Shown: positions 9,178 through 19,132, counted from the stretch's first letter. The stretch is 32,000 bases of DNA from Acaryochloris marina MBIC11017 (GCF_000018105.1 NC_009925.1:1890001-1922000), one strand, 5' to 3'. Notes: generated from the sequence alone by a model not told the origin. A program made the numbers and translations.

Positions 9178-10602
9178 TCACATAGCCTCTAGTCTCCGAT
9201 GGGGTGAAGTAGCCGTTTCAGCCATCTGAAAATATTTCTGGGATGCCAAGCCAAGGGTTAAGAAACTCCAGAAATAAAACCCTAATGTTGCCATCAAAAC
9301 ATTATTAAAGGCAATGATGCTCATTGTTCCAATCACAAATGCCTGTGAAAATAGGGAAAGATAATCTTTCGGACTCGAACGACAGAGCTTTAATACCAAT
9401 GCCAGCAACCCCACTACATAAGGGATAATGCCGATCCAGCCAAAATAAAATAAATATATAAATATGGGAGCATCAACAATATTGAAATCTCCCAGATCTA
9501 GAGAACCCGCCAATCCTACTCCGATAAATTGGGATATTGCTGAGTCGAAATAAGTGTTATATAACTCTTGGCGAATATTCACGCTTATATCATCTTCATA
9601 TAAAAATAGACTGAGCAGTCGAGAAGCAACCTTTTCATATAAGATATCATTCGTGAGTATTAAGACAGAAGTCGTGATAATAAGAAGCAAAATAATAGCT
9701 AATATACGAAATTTAATTCTGATCTTAGTTCTGAATAAGAAGATTGTTAGAGTAATTAAAAAGCAGAGCCATGCAGCCCTTGCTTGACTTAGCAATAGTC
9801 CTAACCCCGCTAAACTTAAAGTAGGAATACGAAGTGGCCAGTCAAACCTATACAAGAGGATCATTAATCCAATCAGTACGGTCGTAGCAAAGGTTTGAAA
9901 ATCCGTGGTTCCACTCCATATCCTGATGGCGAAAGCTTCTGGTAATCCATAGGACCACTTTTCCACTGATCTAAGCCAATGAGTATCCCAGCCCGGCGCA
10001 AAAACAAACTGCAAAACACCATATATGCCTAAAACCAGTGATCCCCAGAGGATTGTATTTTCAGTAACTGATTTAAAAGTTGGATATCTTTTCCAGTGCA
10101 GGTATATATGTAGTCCGAATAGTATTGGACCCACTAAAGCTGAAAACTGCTCAATTAGGATGAGATCTTGGGGTGGGCTTTTAATTAGCGAGATAAATAA
10201 GCTATAGACCGAAGCAGATAGGGTGAATAGAAATGGTGATAATTTTTGATATGGAATCTTGGTTGAATACTGAATTAATGTAAACGCAGAGATTAAAGTT
10301 ACGGAATTAGCAGTAAATGTCAAATAACCGTGATTAATAGAATTAATTTTGAAGTCAATAAAGCGCTGAATTTCTGGTGAGATAAAATGCATCCAGAATG
10401 TGAAGCCTATATACATTTCTGGATTTTTAAAGTATAAGTATATTCCCAATAGAATTGCCGACATTGGCATTATTTGCATTGAGTATCTTGAAAAGCCAAT
10501 CGTTAGGATCAGAATCTGAAAAAATATAAAAGCAAGAATCAGCATCCATGCTATTCGAGATTCTTGATTAGTATTGTTCTTATACTCGTTAAGTTTATGC
10601 AT
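9178..10602 (-). CDS. Wzy / O-antigen-ligase-like polytopic membrane protein (paralog of 7532..8947)
   Basis: Highly hydrophobic ORF. Blocks shared with the neighbour are GIYLY..FTFW..RFIDF, YLHWKRYP, GIYGVLQFVFAPGWD, PEAFAIRIWS and ARAAWLCF. The start is moved to the ATG at 10602 (MHKLNEY..) because that gives the same N-terminal length as the paralog. The 25-codon upstream extension in the ORF track looks non-coding. Confidence 0.75.
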   Translation of the reverse strand: MHKLNEYKNNTNQESRIAWMLILAFIFFQILILTIGFSRYSMQIMPMSAILLGIYLYFKNPEMYIGFTFWMHFISPEIQRFIDFKINSINHGYLTFTANSVTLISAFTLIQYSTKIPYQKLSPFLFTLSASVYSLFISLIKSPPQDLILIEQFSALVGPILFGLHIYLHWKRYPTFKSVTENTILWGSLVLGIYGVLQFVFAPGWDTHWLRSVEKWSYGLPEAFAIRIWSGTTDFQTFATTVLIGLMILLYRFDWPLRIPTLSLAGLGLLLSQARAAWLCFLITLTIFLFRTKIRIKFRILAIILLLIITTSVLILTNDILYEKVASRLLSLFLYEDDISVNIRQELYNTYFDSAISQFIGVGLAGSLDLGDFNIVDAPIFIYLFYFGWIGIIPYVVGLLALVLKLCRSSPKDYLSLFSQAFVIGTMSIIAFNNVLMATLGFYFWSFLTLGLASQKYFQMAETATSPHRRLEAM

Positions 10603-10903
10603 TGTTAAAGTATATCTATATCTTTGTTGAGTCGTCGAGACCACAACAACCATCCAAACGTCCACTTTACAATCCATCGTTTGGGAAAAACCTTGAGAGC
10701 TTCCCTAACTTCTCAAACAGCCTCTTAGTGAATTCAATATCACTAAGCAAAGTTTTTGTGGTTCAACAAGTACCTCAATAAGCCGTAAGATTCAATCATT
10801 CAAAATCTCTGAATAGATTTAGACCATAAATCTTGAAGTATCTAATTTATTCATAAAAAGAATAGATGAAATGCTTAATCAGGTTCAAACAGCATTCTTA
10901 CAT

Positions 10904-12124
10904 TTAATTGTAAATACGAATTAACTGTTGTGTGAGCTGGTTGATATTGAAGTGGGATTGAACATAAGCCCGTCCAGACTGTCCCATCTTGACCCAGCGT
11001 TCTGAGTGTTCGATGAGATAGATGAGTTTTTCTGCGATCGCATCCGGGTCTCGCTCCGGTAATAGAAAACCCGATACGTCATGTTCCACTAATTCAGGGA
11101 TGCCGCTGTAATGGGTACTCACGACCGGTAATCCCATGGCCATGGCCTCCATCAACGCCACTGGAATTCCTTCTTGATCACCCTTTTGACCGGTCACACT
11201 GGGAGCCAGTAATAAATGAGTCTGATTTAAAATTTCAATAACTTCGTCTTGGGATTTCCATCCCACCAACTCAACCATAGAGCCGACATCTAGCTCTGTG
11301 ATCAGTTGTTCGATGGAATCTCGTAAGGGGCCATCACCAACAATGGAATATTTAACTGGAGAAGCGCAATTTTTGAGTTGCGCAATCGCACGAATCCCGT
11401 ACTCAACCCCTTTCTTTTCAACTAGGCGAGCCACGGTTGTGATCTGCACAGGCTCATCGCCTTGGATTTGCCTAGCAATCCACAAGAACTGATCACAGTC
11501 AATGCCCATATGATGCACCGTAATTTTATGAGCAGGGCACCCCAGCTCAATTAATCGATTTTGCCAGTAATGGCTGATGGGTAAGAACCGCTCACCTTTG
11601 CTAAAGAGCTGTCGATAAGCATCTACCCCCGCCTCAGTTAAATACTCAGTGATATCCCAAGCATGAAAGGTGGTGCACAGCTTACCCTGAACAGCGCCAA
11701 TATCCCGCAGTTGTGATCCTAAGATGCCTAAATGTCCAAAATGACAATGCACTACATCATAGGTGGGGCGTTGTTTGAGAAACGGAATCACAGCATACAG
11801 CAACCGAAATGATAGGGCTTGCTTGCCATAGCGCCAGACATTTAGAGATCGAAAAATGAGGACAGGATCCGTCAAGCAGCCTTTGAGAACCAGCAGAAGT
11901 GCTTTCAAACTCCTTAAAAGGTAGTTTGTTGGCATCGGTGGATAGTACTGAGTGCAGTCCAAAAGCTGGTATGTTTCAACATCCGGATGAACTGTCGTCA
12001 AATTCTGAGGGCGACTGGCATATATATCTATCGTGTGTTGCTCATCAATAATATGAGTAATTTGATTCAGAATAAAAGTTTCTGATATGGATGGAAACGC
12101 TCCGACCAAAAAAGCAATTTTCAT
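10904..12124 (-). CDS. GT4-family glycosyltransferase
   Basis: 406-aa ORF with MKIAFLVGAFPSISETF and DQEGIPVALMEAMAMGLPVVSTHYSGIPELV. Confidence 0.85.
   Translation of the reverse strand: MKIAFLVGAFPSISETFILNQITHIIDEQHTIDIYASRPQNLTTVHPDVETYQLLDCTQYYPPMPTNYLLRSLKALLLVLKGCLTDPVLIFRSLNVWRYGKQALSFRLLYAVIPFLKQRPTYDVVHCHFGHLGILGSQLRDIGAVQGKLCTTFHAWDITEYLTEAGVDAYRQLFSKGERFLPISHYWQNRLIELGCPAHKITVHHMGIDCDQFLWIARQIQGDEPVQITTVARLVEKKGVEYGIRAIAQLKNCASPVKYSIVGDGPLRDSIEQLITELDVGSMVELVGWKSQDEVIEILNQTHLLLAPSVTGQKGDQEGIPVALMEAMAMGLPVVSTHYSGIPELVEHDVSGFLLPERDPDAIAEKLIYLIEHSERWVKMGQSGRAYVQSHFNINQLTQQLIRIYN
11034..11041. repeat. HIP1 octamer GCGATCGC
   Basis: Exact match read in the sequence. Confidence 0.95.
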
Positions 12125-12148
12125 ATAACCCTAAGCAAGAATAAATGA

Positions 12149-12925
12149 CTATTGATTGAAGGGCTTTTTAATATATTTGTACTTCAGTATGGGCATTATC
12201 AGCTTATTTTTGGCTTTGATTCCATACCGTTTGACCTGTTCCTTGAAGCTAATCCGAGGAACTTCATCATAAGCTAAGTCTTTAGCCAGCACACAATGGA
12301 CATACTGATTTTTTCGATCTAAGTCCGGGTAGCTAAAATACTGTAATTTGAAATTCCCATGGGCCGCCCACTGGATCAAATCACCAATTTCAATGGTTTC
12401 ATCAATCACTTGTAGCTCATCCGGGTTATGCAGATGTAGATATCTCTGATATTCAGGACTAGGATAGGTCAAGACCACGACCGCATCCCCAGCCGTAACA
12501 CGGCCTAAATTCGAAAAAAAGGTTTCATAGTGGTTTGGAGGAAGATGCTCAATCACATCCACCATCGACACTAGATCCACGGGCTTTTGGATAGTGTCTT
12601 CAATTTTTTTAAATTCATTGATAATATCAACCTTTAAAAAAGTGATGTTTTCATCTATCACTGTTTGTTGGGCATAGGCGATATTTTGATCGGCGATATC
12701 ACAAGCCCAAACATGCCCAGTCTTAATCTTGGCCCCAATTTTTTCTGATACCAGCCCAATACCACACCCGATATCCAGGACCTTGCTATCCGGACGAGTA
12801 TATTGCCCAATTAGCTCTACCGCTTTGTCGATTCGCGGGTTGCCATACAGGCGATAGCTCAACATCCGCGTATCGCGGAATTCATTGTAGTAATTTCTGA
12901 CTTGTTCTACGTTGTTGGTCATCAA
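12149..12925 (-). CDS. Class I SAM-dependent methyltransferase
   Basis: 258-aa ORF with motif I VLDIGCGIGLVSEKI and VDLVSMVDVIEHL. Confidence 0.8.
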   Translation of the reverse strand: MMTNNVEQVRNYYNEFRDTRMLSYRLYGNPRIDKAVELIGQYTRPDSKVLDIGCGIGLVSEKIGAKIKTGHVWACDIADQNIAYAQQTVIDENITFLKVDIINEFKKIEDTIQKPVDLVSMVDVIEHLPPNHYETFFSNLGRVTAGDAVVVLTYPSPEYQRYLHLHNPDELQVIDETIEIGDLIQWAAHGNFKLQYFSYPDLDRKNQYVHCVLAKDLAYDEVPRISFKEQVKRYGIKAKNKLIMPILKYKYIKKPFNQ

Positions 12926-12930
12926 AGGTC

Positions 12931-13701
12931 CTATATTGATTTGCTTGAGTTGACAAGTGGCCGAGCCACAACTAGATAAACAGCGGAATTTTCTTGACGC
13001 TGTTCAGGGGAATAGGAACGATCTAAACAGCGAATAACCTGTTGCATCAATACAGCAAATACTCGTTTAAAGGGACTTCTTATCTTAGGAATTAAGGCAT
13101 CTTGAATCAGGCAGGCTGAAGCGGCTGCAAATCCCAGTACTCCAGTGATCTCAACGACGTCCCAATGGCAGTCTGTCAACAGCTTGGTGAGACCTGCTCC
13201 AGTCCAGCGCCAATAATCCGTCGGTATAGGATGGTAGGGCCAATAGCCATGGGTAGATAACAGCAAGAGGCCGTTGGCTTTGCAAACTCGATGGGCTTCC
13301 GCTAAGTAAGCAGCGGGAGATTCGACATGTTCCAACACCTGGGTGGAAATCACTAACTCAACACTGTTGTCACCCAGGTCAACACTGCCAGTATCCGGAT
13401 CAATGGCTAAATCAGCTAGAGAGTTACTCGCTAAGTCGGCCCCCAAATAGTTCTGGACCGTTGGGGTGAATAAACTACGATAAGGCATCGAGCCACAGCC
13501 CATATCGATCGCGGTTAAGTCATGATGCTGTTGATGGAGGGGTTGAACATGGTTCGCAATCGTTTGCTCAAGGGCCTGACGAAGCTTTACTAAAATGTAG
13601 TAGCGATCGCTGGTCCAGGATGGGTTGAGACGAGGTTCAACTTGATTGATCGTGTCGAGCGGATGGTCAGTTGAAGTTGGGGTCATATCCAGTCTCTGCA
13701 T
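12931..13701 (-). CDS. Class I SAM-dependent methyltransferase
   Basis: 256-aa ORF with motif I AIDMGCGSMPY, then VELVISTQVLEHV and CKANGLLLLS. Confidence 0.8.
   Translation of the reverse strand: MQRLDMTPTSTDHPLDTINQVEPRLNPSWTSDRYYILVKLRQALEQTIANHVQPLHQQHHDLTAIDMGCGSMPYRSLFTPTVQNYLGADLASNSLADLAIDPDTGSVDLGDNSVELVISTQVLEHVESPAAYLAEAHRVCKANGLLLLSTHGYWPYHPIPTDYWRWTGAGLTKLLTDCHWDVVEITGVLGFAAASACLIQDALIPKIRSPFKRVFAVLMQQVIRCLDRSYSPEQRQENSAVYLVVARPLVNSSKSI
13603..13610. repeat. HIP1 octamer GCGATCGC
   Basis: Exact match read in the sequence. Confidence 0.95.
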
Positions 13702-13706
13702 CTCCT

Positions 13707-15215
13707 TTATGCCGCCTTTAAATCAGACATTAATTGTTGCAGATCCCCTAAGATGCGCCTGCCCTTGGGAAGTGCGACTAAAGCCGTAAAAAAGCTGAAG
13801 ACCGTCACGACAAACGCAACACAGCACCCCCAAAAAGGCTGAGGTTGAACAAAGTATCGTAGGGTTCCGAGGGCCAAGAGGGTCCAAATTGTCGCAAAGC
13901 CAAGGGGGGCAATAGTTACATAGAAGTCTTTCGTTTTGACGGGCCCCTGTCGCCCCACCACAAAAAATAATAAGGGCATCGTGATTCCTAGGGCGATACT
14001 GGAATAAGAGATAGCCACCCCCAGGGCCTGCCAGGGTAGGCCGACCCCAAACGAGAAAACGGTAATCGTCGAACTCAAAATGCCCCATCGGAATAAATCA
14101 TCCGTTCGATCTTGGGTAATAAATAACCAGCCTACAGAATTGGCGATGGGCCGCATCAGCCCTGAAATTCCCAGTAATGCGAAGATGGCGCTGGCACCGA
14201 GCCACTGAGAGCCCAATAGCACCTGAATCAGCCAATCTGATGCCGAAATCATAAATAGGATAATCGGCAAGGTCAATAGCATGAGTTTTTCTAAGATGCG
14301 CAAATAGACTTGTCGATATCGATGCGGGTTGTCGACTAAGCGGCTGAGTACAGGAACAGCCACATTGGTGATCGGGGCGTTAATTTGGCTAATCGGCAAC
14401 AGCAAAAGTTGATAGGCTTTAGCGTAGAGTCCTAATTGCTGGGAGCCCCAAAACTTACCAATTAAGACGTTGTCCAAATTGAGGGACAAGTAGTTCACAA
14501 TACTGAAGCCAGTGATGTTACTGCCGAAGACCATTAGCGATCGCATCTCCGTATTCCAGGTGGGTAAACCCGGTACCCATCGACAGGCAATCCAAATGCC
14601 CAGCGTATTCACGCTAATCGTCACCAGGGAAAGGGCAATCAGTGACCAGTAGCCCCAACCTAACCCCACACATAGAAAGGCCGCACTCACCCCAGAGAGC
14701 TGGGCAAAAATATCGTTGAAAGCTAAGGCGTTGTATGACATCTGCCGCTGGAGTAGCGCCGTATGCTGTACCCCTAAGCCCCCCATCACAATGCCACCCG
14801 CTAAAGCAATGGTAATCAGGGTCAGTCTCGGCTCATTATAAAAGCCAGCGATCAAAGGTGAGAGGCAAGCGGCGAGGATCGCAACTCCTAAACTAAAGCT
14901 CACATTAATCCAGAACAGCGTACTGACCTGCTCATGATTAATGTCTTCTTTCTGAACCGTCGCCATGGATAGACCCAGATCTTTGAAGATCGTCACAAAG
15001 CCCATGACTGCGGTCACCATCCCCACTAAACCATAGTCATTCGGGGTTAAGAAACGCCCCAACACAACATTGGCCACAAGGGTCAGCGTAAACTTCAACC
15101 CTTGAGCCGTGATCGTGGTTGCACCACCTCGGACAGCGCGTTGCTTTAAATTACCTTGCAAATGCTTCGTACTGAAGAAAGCATCTGCAGTATGGTTAGA
15201 CTTTCGAATACGCAA
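13707..15215 (-). CDS. Wzx-type polysaccharide flippase (MOP/PST superfamily)
   Basis: 502-aa polytopic membrane ORF. N-terminus ..AVRGGATTITAQGLKFTLTLVANVVLGRFLTPNDYGLVGM is typical of polysaccharide biosynthesis (PST) exporters. The start as given is TTG and no nearby ATG exists. Confidence 0.75.
   Translation of the reverse strand: MRIRKSNHTADAFFSTKHLQGNLKQRAVRGGATTITAQGLKFTLTLVANVVLGRFLTPNDYGLVGMVTAVMGFVTIFKDLGLSMATVQKEDINHEQVSTLFWINVSFSLGVAILAACLSPLIAGFYNEPRLTLITIALAGGIVMGGLGVQHTALLQRQMSYNALAFNDIFAQLSGVSAAFLCVGLGWGYWSLIALSLVTISVNTLGIWIACRWVPGLPTWNTEMRSLMVFGSNITGFSIVNYLSLNLDNVLIGKFWGSQQLGLYAKAYQLLLLPISQINAPITNVAVPVLSRLVDNPHRYRQVYLRILEKLMLLTLPIILFMISASDWLIQVLLGSQWLGASAIFALLGISGLMRPIANSVGWLFITQDRTDDLFRWGILSSTITVFSFGVGLPWQALGVAISYSSIALGITMPLLFFVVGRQGPVKTKDFYVTIAPLGFATIWTLLALGTLRYFVQPQPFWGCCVAFVVTVFSFFTALVALPKGRRILGDLQQLMSDLKAA
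14537..14544. repeat. HIP1 octamer GCGATCGC
   Basis: Exact match read in the sequence. Confidence 0.95.
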
Positions 15216-15249
15216 GGGTTCGGCCTGATGATTCGGTCGACAGACTCAC

Positions 15250-17541
15250 TTAAGCTTTTAGGTAAGCATAATTTTTATGAGTGGGCGTAACGCCATTTGC
15301 CACGAGGCCAATCACATTTAATCTCTTGTGAGCAGAAATTGCTTTGGACAATTCTAATCGGGTGACTTGTTTCATTCGCCCCACCATCACAACACCATCG
15401 CACCCTAAACCGATGGGAATGGTATCGACAACGCCCAAAACTGGCGGACTATCAATCAAAATCAAGTCATAGTTATTTTCAAAAGCTTTAAGCACATCTT
15501 GCATCCGTTCTAAGCTCAGTAGCTTGACCGGATCGGCCGATAGCGGCCCCGCCGTTAGTACATCAATGCTGAGATCAGACGGAGGCAACGTTCCTGGATC
15601 CAGCTCAGACTCATCCCACCGCATATACACCCATTGTGGAGTGGTCTGCAGCTCTGCCAAGGTGACATTCCCATTGAGCAGGGTCGATAGTCCTTGGTGG
15701 TTATTCAAGTTAAACATATAGTGCAAGCTTGGATTCCGCAGATCCGCGTCAATCACAAGGACCCGTTGATCTAAGCGGGCAGCACTAATTGCTAGGCCTA
15801 GGGCCAAGGTCGACTTCCCTTCTCCAGCCCCAGCTGAAGTAATCATCAAGGTTTTGTAAGGATTTTTGGTTTGTAACAGCTGAATGTTGGTATAGATTAA
15901 ATCCAAGGATTCTCGCAGGGGCTGCCATTGAAATAGTTCCGGAGTCGTAAAGGTGGGGCTTTGGGTTTCGGCCACCGGCAGAATGAGCGAGTCACGCAAG
16001 TCAGCGCTTGAAAGTTCAGGAATCGCTCCGAGTAAGGGCAAGGGAAACTGATTGCCCAAATCATCTGAGTTATGGAACTTATCATCCATCGCCTCGCGCA
16101 CAAAGGCCGTGAGGCCCCCTAGAAATAGTCCCACCACTGCGCCCAACATTAAGTTACGACGGGCATTGGGGCTAATTTGCACTCCCAGTTGGGGGGCCTC
16201 GACCACTTGCCAATCAAAGCCACCTCGAGCAATCTCTAATCCCAGCTCTTGCCGAGCTTCTAGCAGCTTTTGCAACGTTCCTCGCCGAGTGGAAACTTCT
16301 GGTTGAAGGCGATTGAACTGGGCCAATAATTCAGGGTATTGCTTTAGTTCAGCTGTTAATTTCGCTTCGGTCTGAGCTAAGCTGCGATCGCGTGCTTGGA
16401 GACTCTGCAAGTTTTTCTGGAGCTCGCTCAACTGCCTAACGAGAGATAAATCATTGTCTCCAAACTGGCCTGCGTTGAGCTGATTTTCACTAGTGGGCAA
16501 CTGGCCCGCATCTCCCCCCAATACACGACCGACTTCCTGCTCTAGGAGGGCCAATTGATCTCGGCGCTGATTGAGTAAGTTAAAAATGACGGGATGATCT
16601 TCTGTCAGAGTCTGACGTTTTTGTGCTAGCTCTAATTCCGTTTGCTGAATTTGATTCAACAGAGACTGATACCGAGTCGATTCACTTAACCGAGCCGAAG
16701 TTCGGGCTTGCTCAGGGGCTAGCTGAATCTGCCGCTGCACACTGGTATAGCTGGCATAGGTTTCCCGATATTGAGCATCTAATGCTTGTCGTTCGGTTTT
16801 GATCCGGTCTAAAGCCGCGGATGCCGTTTGGGCTTGAGTGGCAGGGTCAATCACATTGGTGCCACTGCGAAAAGTCTTGAGAGCCGCCTCTGCTTCCAAA
16901 ACGCTGCGGCGAACCTCTGGCAATTGCTTATCAATAAATGCCAAACCTTTGGATAGACGGAGCTTCTGCTGTTCTAAATTGTAGAGTTGGTAGACCGCTA
17001 AAACCGTTTCTAAAATCTCTTGGGTTTTTTCAGGCTGAGTGCTGATATAAGTGGCTTTTAAGACTTTAGTCGCGACCTTGCCTTTACCTGTACTGTCTGG
17101 AGCATACACAGGACTAAAGGACAAGGATGACCGTAAATCCTCAATGGTGATATTCGGATATTCTGTTTGTAGGCGTTCAACAGCCCTAGACAGTACTTCC
17201 GACCCCGCCAACACCTGCAGTTGCGTTGTGAGATCCACTTGAACGTTTGGATCAGCAAACCGATTCTCCGCGGTCTTCGGCCCTAAACCATTGGGTTTGG
17301 ACTGATAGTTAGACTCCACCAGCAGCTGCATCGTGCTTTGATACAGGGGCTGAGTTTTCAACGTTAAGAATATAGAACCGGCAATGGCACCGGCAAAGGC
17401 ACCTAAAAACCAAAATTTCCGCCGGACTAAGATAGAAAGCAGATGTCCATAACCCCAGTCCTTATCAATGGTTTGGGCAATTAAAGCATCCTGTTGATGA
17501 GTAAGCTTATTAGGGGGTTTATATAAACTGCTTTCAGTCAC
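15250..17541 (-). CDS. Wzc/GumC-type polysaccharide co-polymerase fused to a BY-kinase-like P-loop ATPase domain
   Basis: 763-aa ORF with an N-terminal TM helix (FWFLGAFAGAIAGSIFLTL), a long coiled-coil periplasmic region and a second TM helix (LMLGAVVGLFLGGLTAF). The C-terminal domain has Walker A TSAGAGEGKST, Walker A' VLVIDADLRNPS and Walker B DLILIDSPP. GTG start. Confidence 0.85.
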   Translation of the reverse strand: MTESSLYKPPNKLTHQQDALIAQTIDKDWGYGHLLSILVRRKFWFLGAFAGAIAGSIFLTLKTQPLYQSTMQLLVESNYQSKPNGLGPKTAENRFADPNVQVDLTTQLQVLAGSEVLSRAVERLQTEYPNITIEDLRSSLSFSPVYAPDSTGKGKVATKVLKATYISTQPEKTQEILETVLAVYQLYNLEQQKLRLSKGLAFIDKQLPEVRRSVLEAEAALKTFRSGTNVIDPATQAQTASAALDRIKTERQALDAQYRETYASYTSVQRQIQLAPEQARTSARLSESTRYQSLLNQIQQTELELAQKRQTLTEDHPVIFNLLNQRRDQLALLEQEVGRVLGGDAGQLPTSENQLNAGQFGDNDLSLVRQLSELQKNLQSLQARDRSLAQTEAKLTAELKQYPELLAQFNRLQPEVSTRRGTLQKLLEARQELGLEIARGGFDWQVVEAPQLGVQISPNARRNLMLGAVVGLFLGGLTAFVREAMDDKFHNSDDLGNQFPLPLLGAIPELSSADLRDSLILPVAETQSPTFTTPELFQWQPLRESLDLIYTNIQLLQTKNPYKTLMITSAGAGEGKSTLALGLAISAARLDQRVLVIDADLRNPSLHYMFNLNNHQGLSTLLNGNVTLAELQTTPQWVYMRWDESELDPGTLPPSDLSIDVLTAGPLSADPVKLLSLERMQDVLKAFENNYDLILIDSPPVLGVVDTIPIGLGCDGVVMVGRMKQVTRLELSKAISAHKRLNVIGLVANGVTPTHKNYAYLKA
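16384..16391. repeat. HIP1 octamer GCGATCGC
   Basis: Exact match read in the sequence. Confidence 0.95.
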
Positions 17542-17551
17542 AATCTGTATT

Positions 17552-18679
17552 TCAACTTATAGAAGGAACAAAAGAATTTTGATTAATGGGTTGGGTCGGA
17601 TAAATTTGATTAATAACTTGATGAATTTTTTGAAAAAAGACGGGCTCAGAAAAGTGTGACAGGGCATGGTCACGAATATATTGATAGTCCCATTCGATCT
17701 GTTGAGATCGCACGAGCGCTGCCTGCAAGGATGAGGCAGTTTGTTGATGAAAAAACACACCTGTTTGACCTGGGACTTGGGTATCGATAACACCACCTGC
17801 ACCAAAAGAAACCACAGGTGTTCCACTCGCATTCGCTTCGACGGGAACCAAACCATAATCTTCTAGTGCCGCCACGACCACCGCTTTAGCTTTAGACATC
17901 AAATGACAGCGTTCGGCATCAGAGATATACCCTAGAAACTCGACGTTTGACTTAGCACGTCGTTCCAAATGCTCCCGTTCTGGGCCATCTCCCATAATTT
18001 TTAACGGCCAACCTAACTGATTAAACGCATCAATAATAACGTCAACACGCTTATAGCCCAACAGTCGGGCAGATACCAAGAAAAAATCTTCTTTGTGGTC
18101 TGAAAAAGAGAATTTAGAATTATCAATTGGATAATTAACTACTATCGCTTGTTTACTATAAGTCGACTGGATACGGCGGGCGACTTCGGTAGAGTTAGCA
18201 ATATATAGATCAGGTTCTTGGGCATAGGCAAGATCAGCCTTCCTCATCACCCGAAACATTTTCTCAATAAAAGGGTAGAGATGCTGATAATCCGCATACT
18301 CTCTCAAATAAGTTTGGGTATCCCAAAGAAAACGGGTGATGTTATGACAGAAGCAGATATGTTTGGCATCCGGCCGGGTTCGCACCGCTTTTGCAAAGCT
18401 GGTGCTACTGCTAATGATGAGGTCATATTTCTGTAAATCTAACGCCCTAAAAGCTGGATAATAGAAAGGAGCCAACAACCGAAAATACCGAGTAGCTCCG
18501 GGTAATTTTTGCAGAAGGGTTGTATGGACGAGGCGATCTCCCAACTCTATTGTTTGGTGAGGATCATAGAGGGAAGTGAATATATCTGCACTGGGGAAGT
18601 GACGACACAACAGCTCGAAAACCCGCTCAGCGCCTCCGCGTTGGGTCAGATAGTCATGAACTAGGGCAATCTTCATCAT
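17552..18679 (-). CDS. GT4-family glycosyltransferase
   Basis: 375-aa ORF with MMKIALVHDYLTQRGGAERV and LEDYGLVPVEANASGTPVVSFGAGG. Confidence 0.85.
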   Translation of the reverse strand: MMKIALVHDYLTQRGGAERVFELLCRHFPSADIFTSLYDPHQTIELGDRLVHTTLLQKLPGATRYFRLLAPFYYPAFRALDLQKYDLIISSSTSFAKAVRTRPDAKHICFCHNITRFLWDTQTYLREYADYQHLYPFIEKMFRVMRKADLAYAQEPDLYIANSTEVARRIQSTYSKQAIVVNYPIDNSKFSFSDHKEDFFLVSARLLGYKRVDVIIDAFNQLGWPLKIMGDGPEREHLERRAKSNVEFLGYISDAERCHLMSKAKAVVVAALEDYGLVPVEANASGTPVVSFGAGGVIDTQVPGQTGVFFHQQTASSLQAALVRSQQIEWDYQYIRDHALSHFSEPVFFQKIHQVINQIYPTQPINQNSFVPSIS

Positions 18680-19132
18680 TTCGTTCGTACTTTAGCTGCT
18701 ACTTCACCAGAACCCTTTGTTCAATTTTTAGAAATCCAACGGATGTGGAGGAATAGGCTCGACAATATCATGAGCTTGACGATACAACACTTCGTAAAAG
18801 GATACCTTAAACATTAGAACTCTTGCTTCATAAAGACTACAAAACCCCATTCAATAAGTAGCGCAGCTATTTCACTGGTCACCGCATGGGTTAACTACTT
18901 TGTGGACTTCAATCTCAATATTCATTGAGGAGAAGGAGGTAGTCATTCTAATTTTTTTTCAGCAATAGTCCCTCGCTTAAATCGTGAGGGGGAATAATGT
19001 TTGAAGATATTGGAAGTAAGTGAAAGTCTTGAGAAATTGGCTTAATTAGCCCACTTGCACCTCAGCAAGATCAGTATAGCGTGGCATTTTTCCCCTCGCC
19101 AGATAATTTAGAAAGTTTTTTACTATGATCGG

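Noticed and set aside
10603-10677. 25-codon N-terminal extension (MDCKVDVWMVVVVSTTQQRYRYTLT) of the second Wzy-like ORF
   Set aside because: It has no counterpart in the paralog. Starting at the ATG at 10602 gives matching N-terminal lengths (52 versus 54 residues before the GIYL block).
13723-14088. 121-aa alternative-frame ORF inside the flippase gene. Similar internal ORFs are 2548-2760, 4359-4634, 5453-5653, 5899-6138, 7653-7850, 7989-8264, 8317-8499, 8887-9090, 9554-9787, 10025-10207, 11298-11492, 15524-15721, 15897-16306, 17051-17258, 17557-17856, 18218-18436, 19635-19863, 20305-20598, 23046-23264, 23740-23934, 25742-25943, 26652-26888, 26939-27371, 28137-28394, 29202-29694, 30347-30544 and 30898-31080.
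   Set aside because: All are nested in or antisense to longer ORFs that carry clear family motifs. Their translations are low-complexity or Arg/Ser/Cys-rich, as expected of off-frame shadows.
18728-18850. 40-aa minus-strand ORF (MGFCSLYEARVLMFKVSFYEVLYRQAHDIVEPIPPHPLDF) and other very short ORFs in the 18.7-19.1 kb and 20.95-21.33 kb spacers, considered as extra precursors or immunity peptides
   Set aside because: They have no Shine-Dalgarno sequence, no lasso leader motif, no paralog and no recognisable family features.
18970-18990. Hairpin CCCTCGC-ttaaatc-GTGAGGG in the 453-bp spacer between the ABC exporter and the EPS locus, considered as the terminator of the lasso operon
   Set aside because: The stem is only 7 bp and includes a G.T pair. 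The T8 run lies on the wrong side for a minus-strand transcript, where the hairpin would be followed by an A-run.
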